From assembly GCF_009914755.1 (NCBI RefSeq), contig NC_060946.1: 64,000 nucleotides of DNA; one strand, written 5' to 3'. The first letter of the stretch is position 1, and the number at the start of each line of letters is the position of its first letter. Position numbers and translations under genes: made by a program. Shown here piece by piece: positions 41,901 through 56,900 of the stretch. The notes below the pieces were generated by a model that was not told where the DNA came from, did not search any database, and saw only the letters and a program-made list of their open reading frames with translations. Origin of the DNA: the human T2T-CHM13v2.0 reference genome, Homo sapiens.

Positions 41901-44900
41901 CTTTTTCACCATAGGCCTCAAGCAGCTAAGAAATTTCCCTCTGCAGCTTCTACCAAAGGCTGTTTCCAAACTGCTCAACTGAAAGAAAGGTTGAATTCTG
42001 TGACATGAATTCACACATCACAAAGAGGTTTTTCAGAAATCTCCTGTCTGGTTTTTAGGTGAAGATACTTCCTTTTTCACCACGGGCCTCAAATATCTCC
42101 AAATATCCATTTGCAGATTCTACAGAAAGACTTTCCAAACTGCTCCATCAAAAGAAAGGTTCAACACTGTGAGATGAAGGCACACATCACCAAGAAGTTT
42201 CTCAGAAACCTTCTGTCTAGTTTTTAGGTGAAGATACTTCGTATTTCACCACAGGCCATAAAGGGCTCACAAATATCCCTTTGCAGGTTCTACAAAAAGA
42301 CTGTTTCCAAACTGCCCAATCAAAGGAGAGGTTCAACTCTGTGACGTGAATGGACACATCACAAAAAATTTCTTAGAATGCTTCCGTCTAGTTCTTATGG
42401 GAAGATATTTCTCTTTCACCATAAGCCTCAAACGGATCAGAATTCTCCCTCTGCAGATTGTACGATAAGCCTCTTTCCAATCTGCTCAATCAAAAGAAAG
42501 TTTCCACTCGGTGAGGTGAATGCACACATCGCAAGGGAGTTTCTCAGAAAGCTTCTGTTTAGTTTTTACGTGAAGATATTTCGTTTTTCACCACGGGCCT
42601 CAAAAGCTCTCCAAATATCCATTTGCATATTCTAGAAAAAGAGTGTTTCCAAACTCCTCAATCAAAGGATAGTTTCAATTCTGTGAGACGAAAGCACACA
42701 TCACAACGAAGTTTCTTAGAAAGCGTCTGTGAAGTTTTTATGTGAAGATACTTCACATTGCATCACAGTACTCAAGGGGCTCAGAAATATCCCCTTGCAG
42801 ATCCTACAAAAGGACTGTTTCAAAACTGCTCAATCCAAAGAAAGTTTCAACTATGTGAGACGAATGCACACGTCACGAAGAAGTGCCTCAGAATGCTTCT
42901 GTCTAGTTTATATGTGAAGAAGATTCCTATTCCACCATAGGCAATAAAGGGCTCACAAATATGTTTTGCAGATTCTACAAAAAGACTGTACCCAAACTGC
43001 TCAATAAAAAGAAAGTTTTAACTCTGTTAGGTTAATGGACACATCAAAAAGTAGTTTCTCAGAAAACTTCTGTGTAGTTTTTATGTGAAGATATTTCCTT
43101 TGTCACCATTGGCCTCAAAGCACTCCTAATATCCATTTACAGATGTCACAGAAAGAGTGTTTCCAAACTGCTCAATCAAAAGAAAGTGTTTAACTCTGTG
43201 AGGTGAAAGCACACATCTCAAAGAAGTTTCTCCGAAAGCTTCGGTCTAGTTTTCATGTGATGATATTTCCAGTCTCACCATAGGCCTCAAAGGGCTAAGA
43301 AATATCCCTTTCCAGATTCTAAAAGACCACCATTTCCATACTTCTCAATCAAAAGAAAGGTTACATTCTGTGAGGTTAATGCACACATCAGAATGAAGTT
43401 TCTCAGAATTCTCCTGTCTAGTTTTCATGGGAAGATATTTACTATTTCACTCTAGGCTTCAAATGTCTCAAAAATATCCCTTTGCAGATTCTACAAAAAT
43501 ATGCTTTCCAAAGTGCTGAATTAAAAGAAACCTTCAACTCTGTCCGATGAATGGAGAGACATCACAACGAAGTTCCTCAGAATGCTTCTGTCTAGTTTAA
43601 ATGTGAAGATATTTCTTTTTCACCATAGACCTCAAAGGGCTCAGAATTAGACCTTTGCAGATTGCAGAGAAAGACTGTCTCTAAACTGCTCAAATAAAAT
43701 AAAGTTTCAACACGGTGAGATGAATGCACACATCACAAAGAAGTTCCTCAGAAAGCTTCTGTCTGGTTTTTATGTGAAGATATTTCCTTTTTCACCATAG
43801 GCCTTACACCGCTCACAAATATCCTTCTGCAGATACTAGAAAAAGACTGTTTCCAAACTGCTCCATCAAAAGAAAATTTCACCCATCTGAGATGAATGCA
43901 CACATCATAAAGAAGTTCCTCAGAATTCTTCTGTCTAGTTTTTATGTGAAGATGTTTCCATTTTCACCTTAGGCCACAAAGCGCTCCAAACATCCGTTTG
44001 CAGATGATACGAAAAGACTGTTTCCAAACTGCTCAATCAAAAGAAATTTTCAACTCTGTGAGATGAGAGCACACATCACAAAAAAGTTTCTCAGAAATCT
44101 TCTGTCTCGCTTTTATCTCAAGATAATTCCTATTTTGCCATAGGAATCAAGGGGCTCACATATATCCCTTTGCGGATTCTACAAAAGTTCTCTTTACAAA
44201 CTTCTCAATCAAAAGAAACGTTCAACATTGGGAGATGAATGAACACATCCCAAAGAAGTTTCTCAGGTTGCTTCTGTCTGGTTGCTATGTGAAGATGTTT
44301 CCTTTTTCACCGTGGTCTTTAAGCCACTCAAACATACCTGTCTGCAGACTCTACAAAAAGACTGTTTCCAAACTGGCCCATATAGCATGTTTCAACTATG
44401 TGAAATGAATGCACTCATCAAAAAGAAGTTTCTCAGGATTCTCCTGTCTAGTTTTTATGTGAAGATATTTCCTTTTTCACCGTAGGCCACAAATTGCTCC
44501 AAATATCCATTTGCAGATTCTACAAAAAGAATGTTCCCAAACTGGTCAATCAAAAGAAAGGCGCAACTCTGTGAGACGAAAGCACACATCACAAAGAAGT
44601 TTCCCGGAAAGCTTCTGTCTACATTTTATGTGAACGTATTTCCTTTGGCACCATAGGCCTTAAACCGCTCGCAAATATAACTCCAATTAAACGACCTAGA
44701 GACTTTCTCCAGATTGCTAAATCAAAAGAAAGGTTCAACTCTGTGAGATGAATACACACATCAAAAAGAAGTTTCTCAAAATGCTTCTGTCTAGTTTTCA
44801 TGGGAAGATATTTATTTTTCACCGTTGGCCCCAAACCGCTCAGAAATATCCCTTTGCAGTTTGTAGAAAAAGACTGCTTCCAAACTGCTCAATGAAAGGA

Positions 44901-47900
44901 AATGGCCAACTATTAGAGATGAATGGAAATGTCACAAAGAGTTTCCTCAAAAAGCTACTGTGTCGTTTTCATGTGAAGACATTGCCTTTGGCACCCTAGG
45001 CCTTAAAACTCTCTAAATGCACATTCACAGATTCTACAAAAAGACTGATTCCAAACTGCTCAATCAGAAGAAGGGTTCAATTCCGTGTGACAAACGTGCA
45101 CATCACCAAGAAATTTGTCAGAAAGCTTCTGTCTACTTTTTATGTGAAGATATTTCATATTTCAACAAAGGCCTTAAAGGGCTCACAAATATCCCTTCGC
45201 AGATTCTAAGAAAAGACGTTTTCCAAACTCCTCACTCAAAAGAAAGGTTTAACACTGTGAGATGAATGGACACATCACGAAGAAGTTTCTCAGAAAGCTT
45301 CTGTCTAGTTTTTCTGTGAAGATATTTCTTTTTCACCATAGGCCTCAAGCAGCTAAGAAATTTCCCTCTGCAGCTTCTACCAAAGGCTGTTTCCAAACTG
45401 CTCAACTGAAAGAAAGGTTGAATTCTGTGACATGAATTCACACATCACAAAGAGGTTTTTCAGAAATCTCCTGTCTGGTTTTTAGGTGAAGATACTTCCT
45501 TTTTCACCACGGGCCTCAAATATCTCCAAATATCCATTTGCAGATTCTACAGAAAGACTTTCCAAACTGCTCCATCAAAAGAAAGGTTCAACACTGTGAG
45601 ATGAAGGCACACATCACCAAGAAGTTTCTCAGAAACCTTCTGTCTAGTTTTTAGGTGAAGATACTTCGTATTTCACCACAGGCCATAAAGGGCTCACAAA
45701 TATCCCTTTGCAGGTTCTACAAAAAGACTGTTTCCAAACTGCCCAATCAAAGGAGAGGTTCAACTCTGTGACGTGAATGGACACATCACAAAAAATTTCT
45801 TAGAATGCTTCCGTCTAGTTCTTATGGGAAGATATTTCTCTTTCACCATAAGCCTCAAACGGATCAGAATTCTCCCTCTGCAGATTGTACGATAAGCCTC
45901 TTTCCAATCTGCTCAATCAAAAGAAAGTTTCCACTCGGTGAGGTGAATGCACACATCGCAAGGGAGTTTCTCAGAAAGCTTCTGTTTAGTTTTTACGTGA
46001 AGATATTTCGTTTTTCACCACGGGCCTCAAAAGCTCTCCAAATATCCATTTGCATATTCTAGAAAAAGAGTGTTTCCAAACTCCTCAATCAAAGGATAGT
46101 TTCAATTCTGTGAGACGAAAGCACACATCACAACGAAGTTTCTTAGAAAGCGTCTGTGAAGTTTTTATGTGAAGATACTTCACATTGCATCACAGTACTC
46201 AAGGGGCTCAGAAATATCCCCTTGCAGATCCTACAAAAGGACTGTTTCAAAACTGCTCAATCCAAAGAAAGTTTCAACTATGTGAGACGAATGCACACGT
46301 CACGAAGAAGTGCCTCAGAATGCTTCTGTCTACTTTATATGTGAAGAAGATTCCTATTCCACCATAGGCAATAAAGGGCTCACAAATATGTTTTGCAGAT
46401 TCTACAAAAAGACTGTACCCAAACTGCTCAATAAAAAGAAAGTTTTAACTCTGTTAGGTTAATGGACACATCAAAAAGTAGTTTCTCAGAAAACTTCTGT
46501 GTAGTTTTTATGTGAAGATATTTCCTTTGTCACCATTGGCCTCAAAGCACTCCTAATATCCATTTACAGATGTCACAGAAAGAGTGTTTCCAAACTGCTC
46601 AATCAAAAGAAAGTGATTAACTCTGTGAGGTGAAAGCACACATCTCAAAGAAGTTTCTCCGAAAGCTTCGGTCTAGTTTTCATGTGATGATATTTCCAGT
46701 CTCACCATAGGCCTCAAAGGGCTAAGAAATATCCCTTTCCAGATTCTAAAAGACCACCATTTCCATACTTCTCAATCAAAAGAAAGGTTACATTCTGTGA
46801 GGTTAATGCACACATCAGAATGAAGTTTCTCAGAATTCTCCTGTCTAGTTTTCATGGGAAGATATTTACTATTTCACTCTAGGCTTCAAATGTCTCAAAA
46901 ATATCCCTTTGCAGATTCTACAAAAATATGCTTTCCAAAGTGCTGAATTAAAAGAAACCTTCAACTCTGTCCGATGAATGGAGAGGCATCACAACGAAGT
47001 TCCTCAGAATGCTTCTGTCTAGTTTAAATGTGAAGATATTTCTTTTTCACCATAGACCTCAAAGGGCTCAGAATTAGACCTTTGCAGATTGCAGAGAAAG
47101 ACTGTCTCTAAACTGCTCAAATAAAATAAAGTTTCAACACGGTGAGATGAATGCACACATCACAAAGAAGTTCCTCAGAAAGCTTCTGTCTGGTTTTTAT
47201 GTGAAGATATTTCCTTTTTCACCATAGGCCTTACACCGCTCACAAATATCCTTCTGCAGATACTAGAAAAAGACTGTTTCCAAACTGCTCCATCAAAAGA
47301 AAATTTCACCCATCTGAGATGAATGCACACATCATAAAGAAGTTCCTCAGAATTCTTCTGTCTAGTTTTTATGTGAAGATGTTTCCATTTTCACCTTAGG
47401 CCACAAAGCGCTCCAAACATCCGTTTGCAGATGATACGAAAAGACTGTTTCCAAACTGCTCAATCAAAAGAAATTTTCAACTCTGTGAGATGAGAGCACA
47501 CATCACAAAAAAGTTTCTCAGAAATCTTCTGTCTCGCTTTTATCTCAAGATAATTCCTATTTTGCCATAGGAATCAAGGGGCTCACATATATCCCTTTGC
47601 GGATTCTACAAAAGTTCTCTTTACAAACTTCTCAATCAAAAGAAACGTTCAACATTGGGAGATGAATGAACACATCCCAAAGAAGTTTCTCAGGTTGCTT
47701 CTGTCTGGTTGCTATGTGAAGATGTTTCCTTTTTCACCATGGTCTTTAAGCCACTCAAACATACCTGTCTGCAGACTCTACAAAAAGACTGTTTCCAAAC
47801 TGGCCCATATAGCATGTTTCAACTATGTGAAATGAATGCACTCATCAAAAAGAAGTTTCTCAGGATTCTCCTGTCTAGTTTTTATGTGAAGATATTTCCT

Positions 47901-50900
47901 TTTTCACCGTAGGCCACAAATTGCTCCAAATATCCATTTGCAGATTCTACAAAAAGAATGTTCCCAAACTGGTCAATCAAAAGAAAGGCGCAACTCTGTG
48001 AGACGAAAGCACACATCACAAAGAAGTTTCCCGGAAAGCTTCTGTCTACATTTTATGTGAACGTATTTCCTTTGGCACCATAGGCCTTAAACCGCTCGCA
48101 AATATAACTTCAATTAAACGACCTAGAGACTTTCTCCACATTGCTAAATCAAAAGAAAGGTTCAACTCTGTGAGATGAATACACACATCAAAAAGAAGTT
48201 TCTCAAAATGCTTCTGTCTAGTTTTCATGGGAAGATATTTATTTTTCACCGTTGGCCCCAAACCGCTCAGAAATATCCCTTTGCAGTTTGTAGAAAAAGA
48301 CTGCTTCCAAACTGCTCAATGAAAGGAAATGGCCAACTATTAGAGATGAATGGAAATGTCACAAAGAGTTTTCTCAAAAAGCTACTGTGTCGTTTTCATG
48401 TGAAGACATTGCCTTTGGCACCCTAGGCCTTAAAACTCTCTAAATGCACATTCACAGATTCTACAAAAAGACTGATTCCAAACTGCTCAATCAGAAGAAG
48501 GGTTCAATTCCGTGTGACAAACGTGCACATCACCAAGAAATTTGTCAGAAAGCTTCTGTCTACTTTTTATGTGAAGATATTTCATATTTCAACAAAGGCC
48601 ATAAAGGGCTCACAAATATCCCTTCGCAGATTCTAAGAAAAGACGTTTTCCAAACTCCTCACTCAAAAGAAAGGTTTAACACTGTGAGATGAATGGACAC
48701 ATCACGAAGAAGTTTCTCAGAAAGCTTCTGTCTAGTTTTTCTGTGAAGATATTTCTTTTTCACCATAGGCCTCAAGCAGCTAAGAAATTTCCCTCTGCAG
48801 CTTCTACCAAAGGCTGTTTCCAAACTGCTCAACTGAAAGAAAGGTTGAATTCTGTGACATGAATTCACACATCACAAAGAGGTTTTTCAGAAATCTCCTG
48901 TCTGGTTTTTAGGTGAAGATACTTCCTTTTTCACCACGGGCCTCAAATATCTCCAAATATCCATTTGCAGATTCTACAGAAAGACTTTCCAAACTGCTCC
49001 ATCAAAAGAAAGGTTCAACACTGTGAGATGAAGGCACACATCACCAAGAAGTTTCTCAGAAACCTTCTGTCTAGTTTTTAGGTGAAGATACTTCGTATTT
49101 CACCACAGGCCATAAAGGGCTCACAAATATCCCTTTGCAGGTTCTACAAAAAGACTGTTTCCAAACTGCCCAATCAAAGGAGAGGTTCAACTCTGTGACG
49201 TGAATGGACACATCACAAAAAATTTCTTAGAATGCTTCCGTCTAGTTCTTATGGGAAGATATTTCTCTTTCACCATAAGCCTCAAACGGATCAGAATTCT
49301 CCCTCTGCAGATTGTACGATAAGCCTCTTTCCAATCTGCTCAATCAAAAGAAAGTTTCCACTCGGTGAGGTGAATGCACACATCGCAAGGGAGTTTCTCA
49401 GAAAGCTTCTGTTTAGTTTTTACGTGAAGATATTTCGTTTTTCACCACGGGCCTCAAAAGCTCTCCAAATATCCATTTGCATATTCTAGAAAAAGAGTGT
49501 TTCCAAACTCCTCAATCAAAGGATAGTTTCAATTCTGTGAGACGAAAGCACACATCACAACGAAGTTTCTTAGAAAGCGTCTGTGAAGTTTTTATGTGAA
49601 GATACTTCACATTGCATCACAGTACTCAAGGGGCTCAGAAATATCCCCTTGCAGATCCTACAAAAGGACTGTTTCAAAACTGCTCAATCCAAAGAAAGTT
49701 TCAACTATGTGAGACGAATGCACACGTCACGAAGAAGTGCCTCAGAATGCTTCTGTCTACTTTATATGTGAAGAAGATTCCTATTCCACCATAGGCAATA
49801 AAGGGCTCACAAATATGTTTTGCAGATTCTACAAAAAGACTGTATCCAAACTGCTCAATAAAAAGAAAGTTTTAACTCTGTTAGGTTAATGGACACATCA
49901 AAAAGTAGTTTCTCAGAAAACTTCTGTGTAGTTTTTATGTGAAGATATTTCCTTTGTCACCATTGGCCTCGAAGCACTCCTAATATCCATTTACAGATGT
50001 CACAGAAAGAGTGTTTCCAAACTGCTCAATCAAAAGAAAGTGTTTAACTCTGTGAGGTGAAAGCACACATCTCAAAGAAGTTTCTCCGAAAGCTTCGGTC
50101 TAGTTTTCATGTGATGATATTTCCAGTCTCACCATAGGCCTCAAAGGGCTAAGAAATATCCCTTTCCAGATTCTAAAAGACCACCATTTCCATACTTCTC
50201 AATCAAAAGAAAGGTTACATTCTGTGAGGTTAATGCACACATCAGAATGAAGTTTCTCAGAATTCTCCTGTCTAGTTTTCATGGGAAGATATTTACTATT
50301 TCACTCTAGGCTTCAAATGTCTCAAAAATATCCCTTTGCAGATTCTACAAAAATATGCTTTCCAAAGTGCTGAATTAAAAGAAACCTTCAACTCTGTCCG
50401 ATGAATGGAGAGGCATCACAACGAAGTTCCTCAGAATGCTTCTGTCTAGTTTAAATGTGAAGATATTTCTTTTTCACCATAGACCTCAAAGGGCTCAGAA
50501 TTAGACCTTTGCAGATTGCAGAGAAAGACTGTCTCTAAACTGCTCAAATAAAATAAAGTTTCAACACGGTGAGATGAATGCACACATCACAAAGAAGTTC
50601 CTCAGAAAGCTTCTGTCTGGTTTTTATGTGAAGATATTTCCTTTTTCACCATAGGCCTTACACCGCTCACAAATATCCTTCTGCAGATACTAGAAAAAGA
50701 CTGTTTCCAAACTGCTCCATCAAAAGAAAATTTCACCCATCTGAGATGAATGCACACATCATAAAGAAGTTCCTCAGAATTCTTCTGTCTAGTTTTTATG
50801 TGAAGATGTTTCCATTTTCACCTTAGGCCACAAAGCGCTCCAAACATCCGTTTGCAGATGATACGAAAAGACTGTTTCCAAACTGCTCAATCAAAAGAAA

Positions 50901-53900
50901 TTTTCAACTCTGTGAGATGAGAGCACACATCACAAAAAAGTTTCTCAGAAATCTTCTGTCTCGCTTTTATCTCAAGATAATTCCTATTTTGCCATAGGAA
51001 TCAAGGGGCTCACATATATCCCTTTGCGGATTCTACAAAAGTTCTCTTTACAAACTTCTCAATCAAAAGAAACGTTCAACATTGGGAGATGAATGAACAC
51101 ATCCCAAAGAAGTTTCTCAGGTTGCTTCTGTCTGGTTGCTATGTGAAGATGTTTCCTTTTTCACCATGGTCTTTAAGCCACTCAAACATACCTGTCTGCA
51201 GACTCTACAAAAAGACTGTTTCCAAACTGGCCCATATAGCATGTTTCAACTATGTGAAATGAATGCACTCATCAAAAAGAAGTTTCTCAGGATTCTCCTG
51301 TCTAGTTTTTATGTGAAGATATTTCCTTTTTCACCGTAGGCCACAAATTGCTCCAAATATCCATTTGCAGATTCTACAAAAAGAATGTTCCCAAACTGGT
51401 CAATCAAAAGAAAGGCGCAACTCTGTGAGACGAAAGCACACATCACAAAGAAGTTTCCCGGAAAGCTTCTGTCTACATTTTATGTGAACGTATTTCCTTT
51501 GGCACCATAGGCCTTAAACCGCTCGCAAATATAACTCCAATTAAACGACCTAGAGACTTTCTCCAGATTGCTAAATCAAAAGAAAGCTTCAACTCTGTGA
51601 GATGAATACACACATCAAAAAGAAGTTTCTCAAAATGCTTCTGTCTAGTTTTCATGGGAAGATATTTATTTTTCACCGTTGGCCCCAAACCGCTCAGAAA
51701 TATCCCTTTGCAGTTTGTAGAAAAAGACTGCTTCCAAACTGCTCAATGAAAGGAAATGGCCAACTATTAGAGATGAATGGAAATGTCACAAAGAGTTTTC
51801 TCAAAAAGCTACTGTGTCGTTTTCATGTGAAGACATTGCCTTTGGCACCCTAGGCCTTAAAACTCTCTAAATGCACATTCACAGATTCTACAAAAAGAGT
51901 GATTCCAAACTGCTCAATCAGAAGAAGGGTTCAATTCCGTGTGACAAACGTGCACATCACCAAGAAATTTGTCAGAAAGCTTCTGTCTACTTTTTATGTG
52001 AAGATATTTCATATTTCAACAAAGGCCATAAAGGGCTCACAAATATCCCTTCGCAGATTCTAAGAAAAGACGTTTTCCAAACTCCTCACTCAAAAGAAAG
52101 GTTTAACACTGTGAGATGAATGGACACATCACGAAGAAGTTTCTCAGAAAGCTTCTGTCTAGTTTTTCTGTGAAGATATTTCTTTTTCACCATAGGCCTC
52201 AAGCAGCTAAGAAATTTCCCTCTGCAGCTTCTACCAAAGGCTGTTTCCAAACTGCTCAACTGAAAGAAAGGTTGAATTCTGTGACATGAATTCACACATC
52301 ACAAAGAGGTTTTTCAGAAATCTCCTGTCTGGTTTTTAGGTGAAGATACTTCCTTTTTCACCACGGGCCTCAAATATCTCCAAATATCCATTTGCAGATT
52401 CTACAGAAAGACTTTCCAAACTGCTCCATCAAAAGAAAGGTTCAACACTGTGAGATGAAGGCACACATCACCAAGAAGTTTCTCAGAAACCTTCTGTCTA
52501 GTTTTTAGGTGAAGATACTTCGTATTTCACCACAGGCCATAAAGGGCTCACAAATATCCCTTTGCAGGTTCTACAAAAAGACTGTTTCCAAACTGCCCAA
52601 TCAAAGGAGAGGTTCAACTCTGTGACGTGAATGGACACATCACAAAAAATTTCTTAGAATGCTTCCGTCTAGTTCTTATGGGAAGATATTTCTCTTTCAC
52701 CATAAGCCTCAAACGGATCAGAATTCTCCCTCTGCAGATTGTACGATAAGCCTCTTTCCAATCTGCTCAATCAAAAGAAAGTTTCCACTCGGTGAGGTGA
52801 ATGCACACATCGCAAGGGAGTTTCTCAGAAAGCTTCTGTTTAGTTTTTACGTGAAGATATTTCGTTTTTCACCACGGGCCTCAAAAGCTCTCCAAATATC
52901 CATTTGCATATTCTAGAAAAAGAGTGTTTCCAAACTCCTCAATCAAAGGATAGTTTCAATTCTGTGAGACGAAAGCACACATCACAACGAAGTTTCTTAG
53001 AAAGCGTCTGTGAAGTTTTTATGTGAAGATACTTCACATTGCATCACAGTACTCAAGGGGCTCAGAAATATCCCCTTGCAGATCCTACAAAAGGACTGTT
53101 TCAAAACTGCTCAATCCAAAGAAAGTTTCAACTATGTGAGACGAATGCACACGTCACGAAGAAGTGCCTCAGAATGCTTCTGTCTAGTTTATATGTGAAG
53201 AAGATTCCTATTCCACCATAGGCAATAAAGGGCTCACAAATATGTTTTGCAGATTCTACAAAAAGACTGTACCCAAACTGCTCAATAAAAAGAAAGTTTT
53301 AACTCTGTTAGGTTAATGGACACATCAAAAAGTAGTTTCTCAGAAAACTTCTGTGTAGTTTTTATGTGAAGATATTTCCTTTGTCACCATTGGCCTCAAA
53401 GCACTCCTAATATCCATTTACAGATGTCACAGAAAGAGTGTTTCCAAACTGCTCAATCAAAAGAAAGTGATTAACTCTGTGAGGTGAAAGCACACATCTC
53501 AAAGAAGTTTCTCCGAAAGCTTCGGTCTAGTTTTCATGTGATGATATTTCCAGTCTCACCATAGGCCTCAAAGGGCTAAGAAATATCCCTTTCCAGATTC
53601 TAAAAGACCACCATTTCCATACTTCTCAATCAAAAGAAAGGTTACATTCTGTGAGGTTAATGCACACATCAGAATGAAGTTTCTCAGAATTCTCCTGTCT
53701 AGTTTTCATGGGAAGATATTTACTATTTCACTCTAGGCTTCAAATGTCTCAAAAATATCCCTTTGCAGATTCTACAAAAATATGCTTTCCAAAGTGCTGA
53801 ATTAAAAGAAACCTTCAACTCTGTCCGATGAATGGAGAGGCATCACAACGAAGTTCCTCAGAATGCTTCTGTCTAGTTTAAATGTGAAGATATTTCTTTT

Positions 53901-56900
53901 TCACCATAGACCTCAAAGGGCTCAGAATTAGACCTTTGCAGATTGCAGAGAAAGACTGTCTCTAAACTGCTCAAATAAAATAAAGTTTCAACACGGTGAG
54001 ATGAATGCACACATCACAAAGAAGTTCCTCAGAAAGCTTCTGTCTGGTTTTTATGTGAAGATATTTCCTTTTTCACCATAGGCCTTACACCGCTCACAAA
54101 TATCCTTCTGCAGATACTAGAAAAAGACTGTTTCCAAACTGCTCCATCAAAAGAAAATTTCACCCATCTGAGATGAATGCACACATCATAAAGAAGTTCC
54201 TCAGAATTCTTCTGTCTAGTTTTTATGTGAAGATGTTTCCATTTTCACCTTAGGCCACAAAGCGCTCCAAACATCCGTTTGCAGATGATACGAAAAGACT
54301 GTTTCCAAACTGCTCAATCAAAAGAAATTTTCAACTCTGTGAGATGAGAGCACACATCACAAAAAAGTTTCTCAGAAATCTTCTGTCTCGCTTTTATCTC
54401 AAGATAATTCCTATTTTGCCATAGGAATCAAGGGGCTCACATATATCCCTTTGCGGATTCTACAAAAGTTCTCTTTACAAACTTCTCAATCAAAAGAAAC
54501 GTTCAACATTGGGAGATGAATGAACACATCCCAAAGAAGTTTCTCAGGTTGCTTCTGTCTGGTTGCTATGTGAAGATGTTTCCTTTTTCACCGTGGTCTT
54601 TAAGCCACTCAAACATACCTGTCTGCAGACTCTACAAAAAGACTGTTTCCAAACTGGCCCATATAGCATGTTTCAACTATGTGAAATGAATGCACTCATC
54701 AAAAAGAAGTTTCTCAGGATTCTCCTGTCTAGTTTTTATGTGAAGATATTTCCTTTTTCACCGTAGGCCACAAATTGCTCCAAATATCCATTTGCAGATT
54801 CTACAAAAAGAATGTTCCCAAACTGGTCAATCAAAAGAAAGGCGCAACTCTGTGAGACGAAAGCACACATCACAAAGAAGTTTCCCGGAAAGCTTCTGTC
54901 TACATTTTATGTGAACGTATTTCCTTTGGCACCATAGGCCTTAAACCGCTCGCAAATATAACTTCAATTAAACGACCTAGAGACTTTCTCCAGATTGCTA
55001 AATCAAAAGAAAGCTTCAACTCTGTGAGATGAATACACACATCAAAAAGAAGTTTCTCAAAATGCTTCTGTCTAGTTTTCATGGGAAGATATTTATTTTT
55101 CACCGTTGGCCCCAAACCGCTCAGAAATATCCCTTTGCAGTTTGTAGAAAAAGACTGCTTCCAAACTGCTCAATGAAAGGAAATGGCCAACTATTAGAGA
55201 TGAATGGAAATGTCACAAAGAGTTTTCTCAAAAAGCTACTGTGTCGTTTTCATGTGAAGACATTGCCTTTGGCACCCTAGGCCTTAAAACTCTCTAAATG
55301 CACATTCACAGATTCTACAAAAAGACTGATTCCAAACTGCTCAATCAGAAGAAGGGTTCAATTCCGTGTGACAAACGTGCACATCACCAAGAAATTTGTC
55401 AGAAAGCTTCTGTCTACTTTTTATGTGAAGATATTTCATATTTCAACAAAGGCCATAAAGGGCTCACAAATATCCCTTCGCAGATTCTAAGAAAAGACGT
55501 TTTCCAAACTCCTCACTCAAAAGAAAGGTTTAACACTGTGAGATGAATGGACACATCACGAAGAAGTTTCTCAGAAAGCTTCTGTCTAGTTTTTCTGTGA
55601 AGATATTTCTTTTTCACCATAGGCCTCAAGCAGCTAAGAAATTTCCCTCTGCAGCTTCTACCAAAGGCTGTTTCCAAACTGCTCAACTGAAAGAAAGGTT
55701 GAATTCTGTGACATGAATTCACACATCACAAAGAGGTTTTTCAGAAATCTCCTGTCTGGTTTTTAGGTGAAGATACTTCCTTTTTCACCACGGGCCTCAA
55801 ATATCTCCAAATATCCATTTGCAGATTCTACAGAAAGACTTTCCAAACTGCTCCATCAAAAGAAAGGTTCAACACTGTGAGATGAAGGCACACATCACCA
55901 AGAAGTTTCTCAGAAACCTTCTGTCTAGTTTTTAGGTGAAGATACTTCGTATTTCACCACAGGCCATAAAGGGCTCACAAATATCCCTTTGCAGGTTCTA
56001 CAAAAAGACTGTTTCCAAACTGCCCAATCAAAGGAGAGGTTCAACTCTGTGACGTGAATGGACACATCACAAAAAATTTCTTAGAATGCTTCCGTCTAGT
56101 TCTTATGGGAAGATATTTCTCTTTCACCATAAGCCTCAAACGGATCAGAATTCTCCCTCTGCAGATTGTACGATAAGCCTCTTTCCAATCTGCTCAATCA
56201 AAAGAAAGTTTCCACTCGGTGAGGTGAATGCACACATCGCAAGGGAGTTTCTCAGAAAGCTTCTGTTTAGTTTTTACGTGAAGATATTTCGTTTTTCACC
56301 ACGGGCCTCAAAAGCTCTCCAAATATCCATTTGCATATTCTAGAAAAAGAGTGTTTCCAAACTCCTCAATCAAAGGATAGTTTCAATTCTGTGAGACGAA
56401 AGCACACATCACAACGAAGTTTCTTAGAAAGCGTCTGTGAAGTTTTTATGTGAAGATACTTCACATTGCATCACAGTACTCAAGGGGCTCAGAAATATCC
56501 CCTTGCAGATCCTACAAAAGGACTGTTTCAAAACTGCTCAATCCAAAGAAAGTTTCAACTATGTGAGACGAATGCACACGTCACGAAGAAGTGCCTCAGA
56601 ATGCTTCTGTCTAGTTTATATGTGAAGAAGATTCCTATTCCACCATAGGCAATAAAGGGCTCACAAATATGTTTTGCAGATTCTACAAAAAGACTGTATC
56701 CAAACTGCTCAATAAAAAGAAAGTTTTAACTCTGTTAGGTTAATGGACACATCAAAAAGTAGTTTCTCAGAAAACTTCTGTGTAGTTTTTATGTGAAGAT
56801 ATTTCCTTTGTCACCATTGGCCTCGAAGCACTCCTAATATCCATTTACAGATGTCACAGAAAGAGTGTTTCCAAACTGCTCAATCAAAAGAAAGTGTTTA

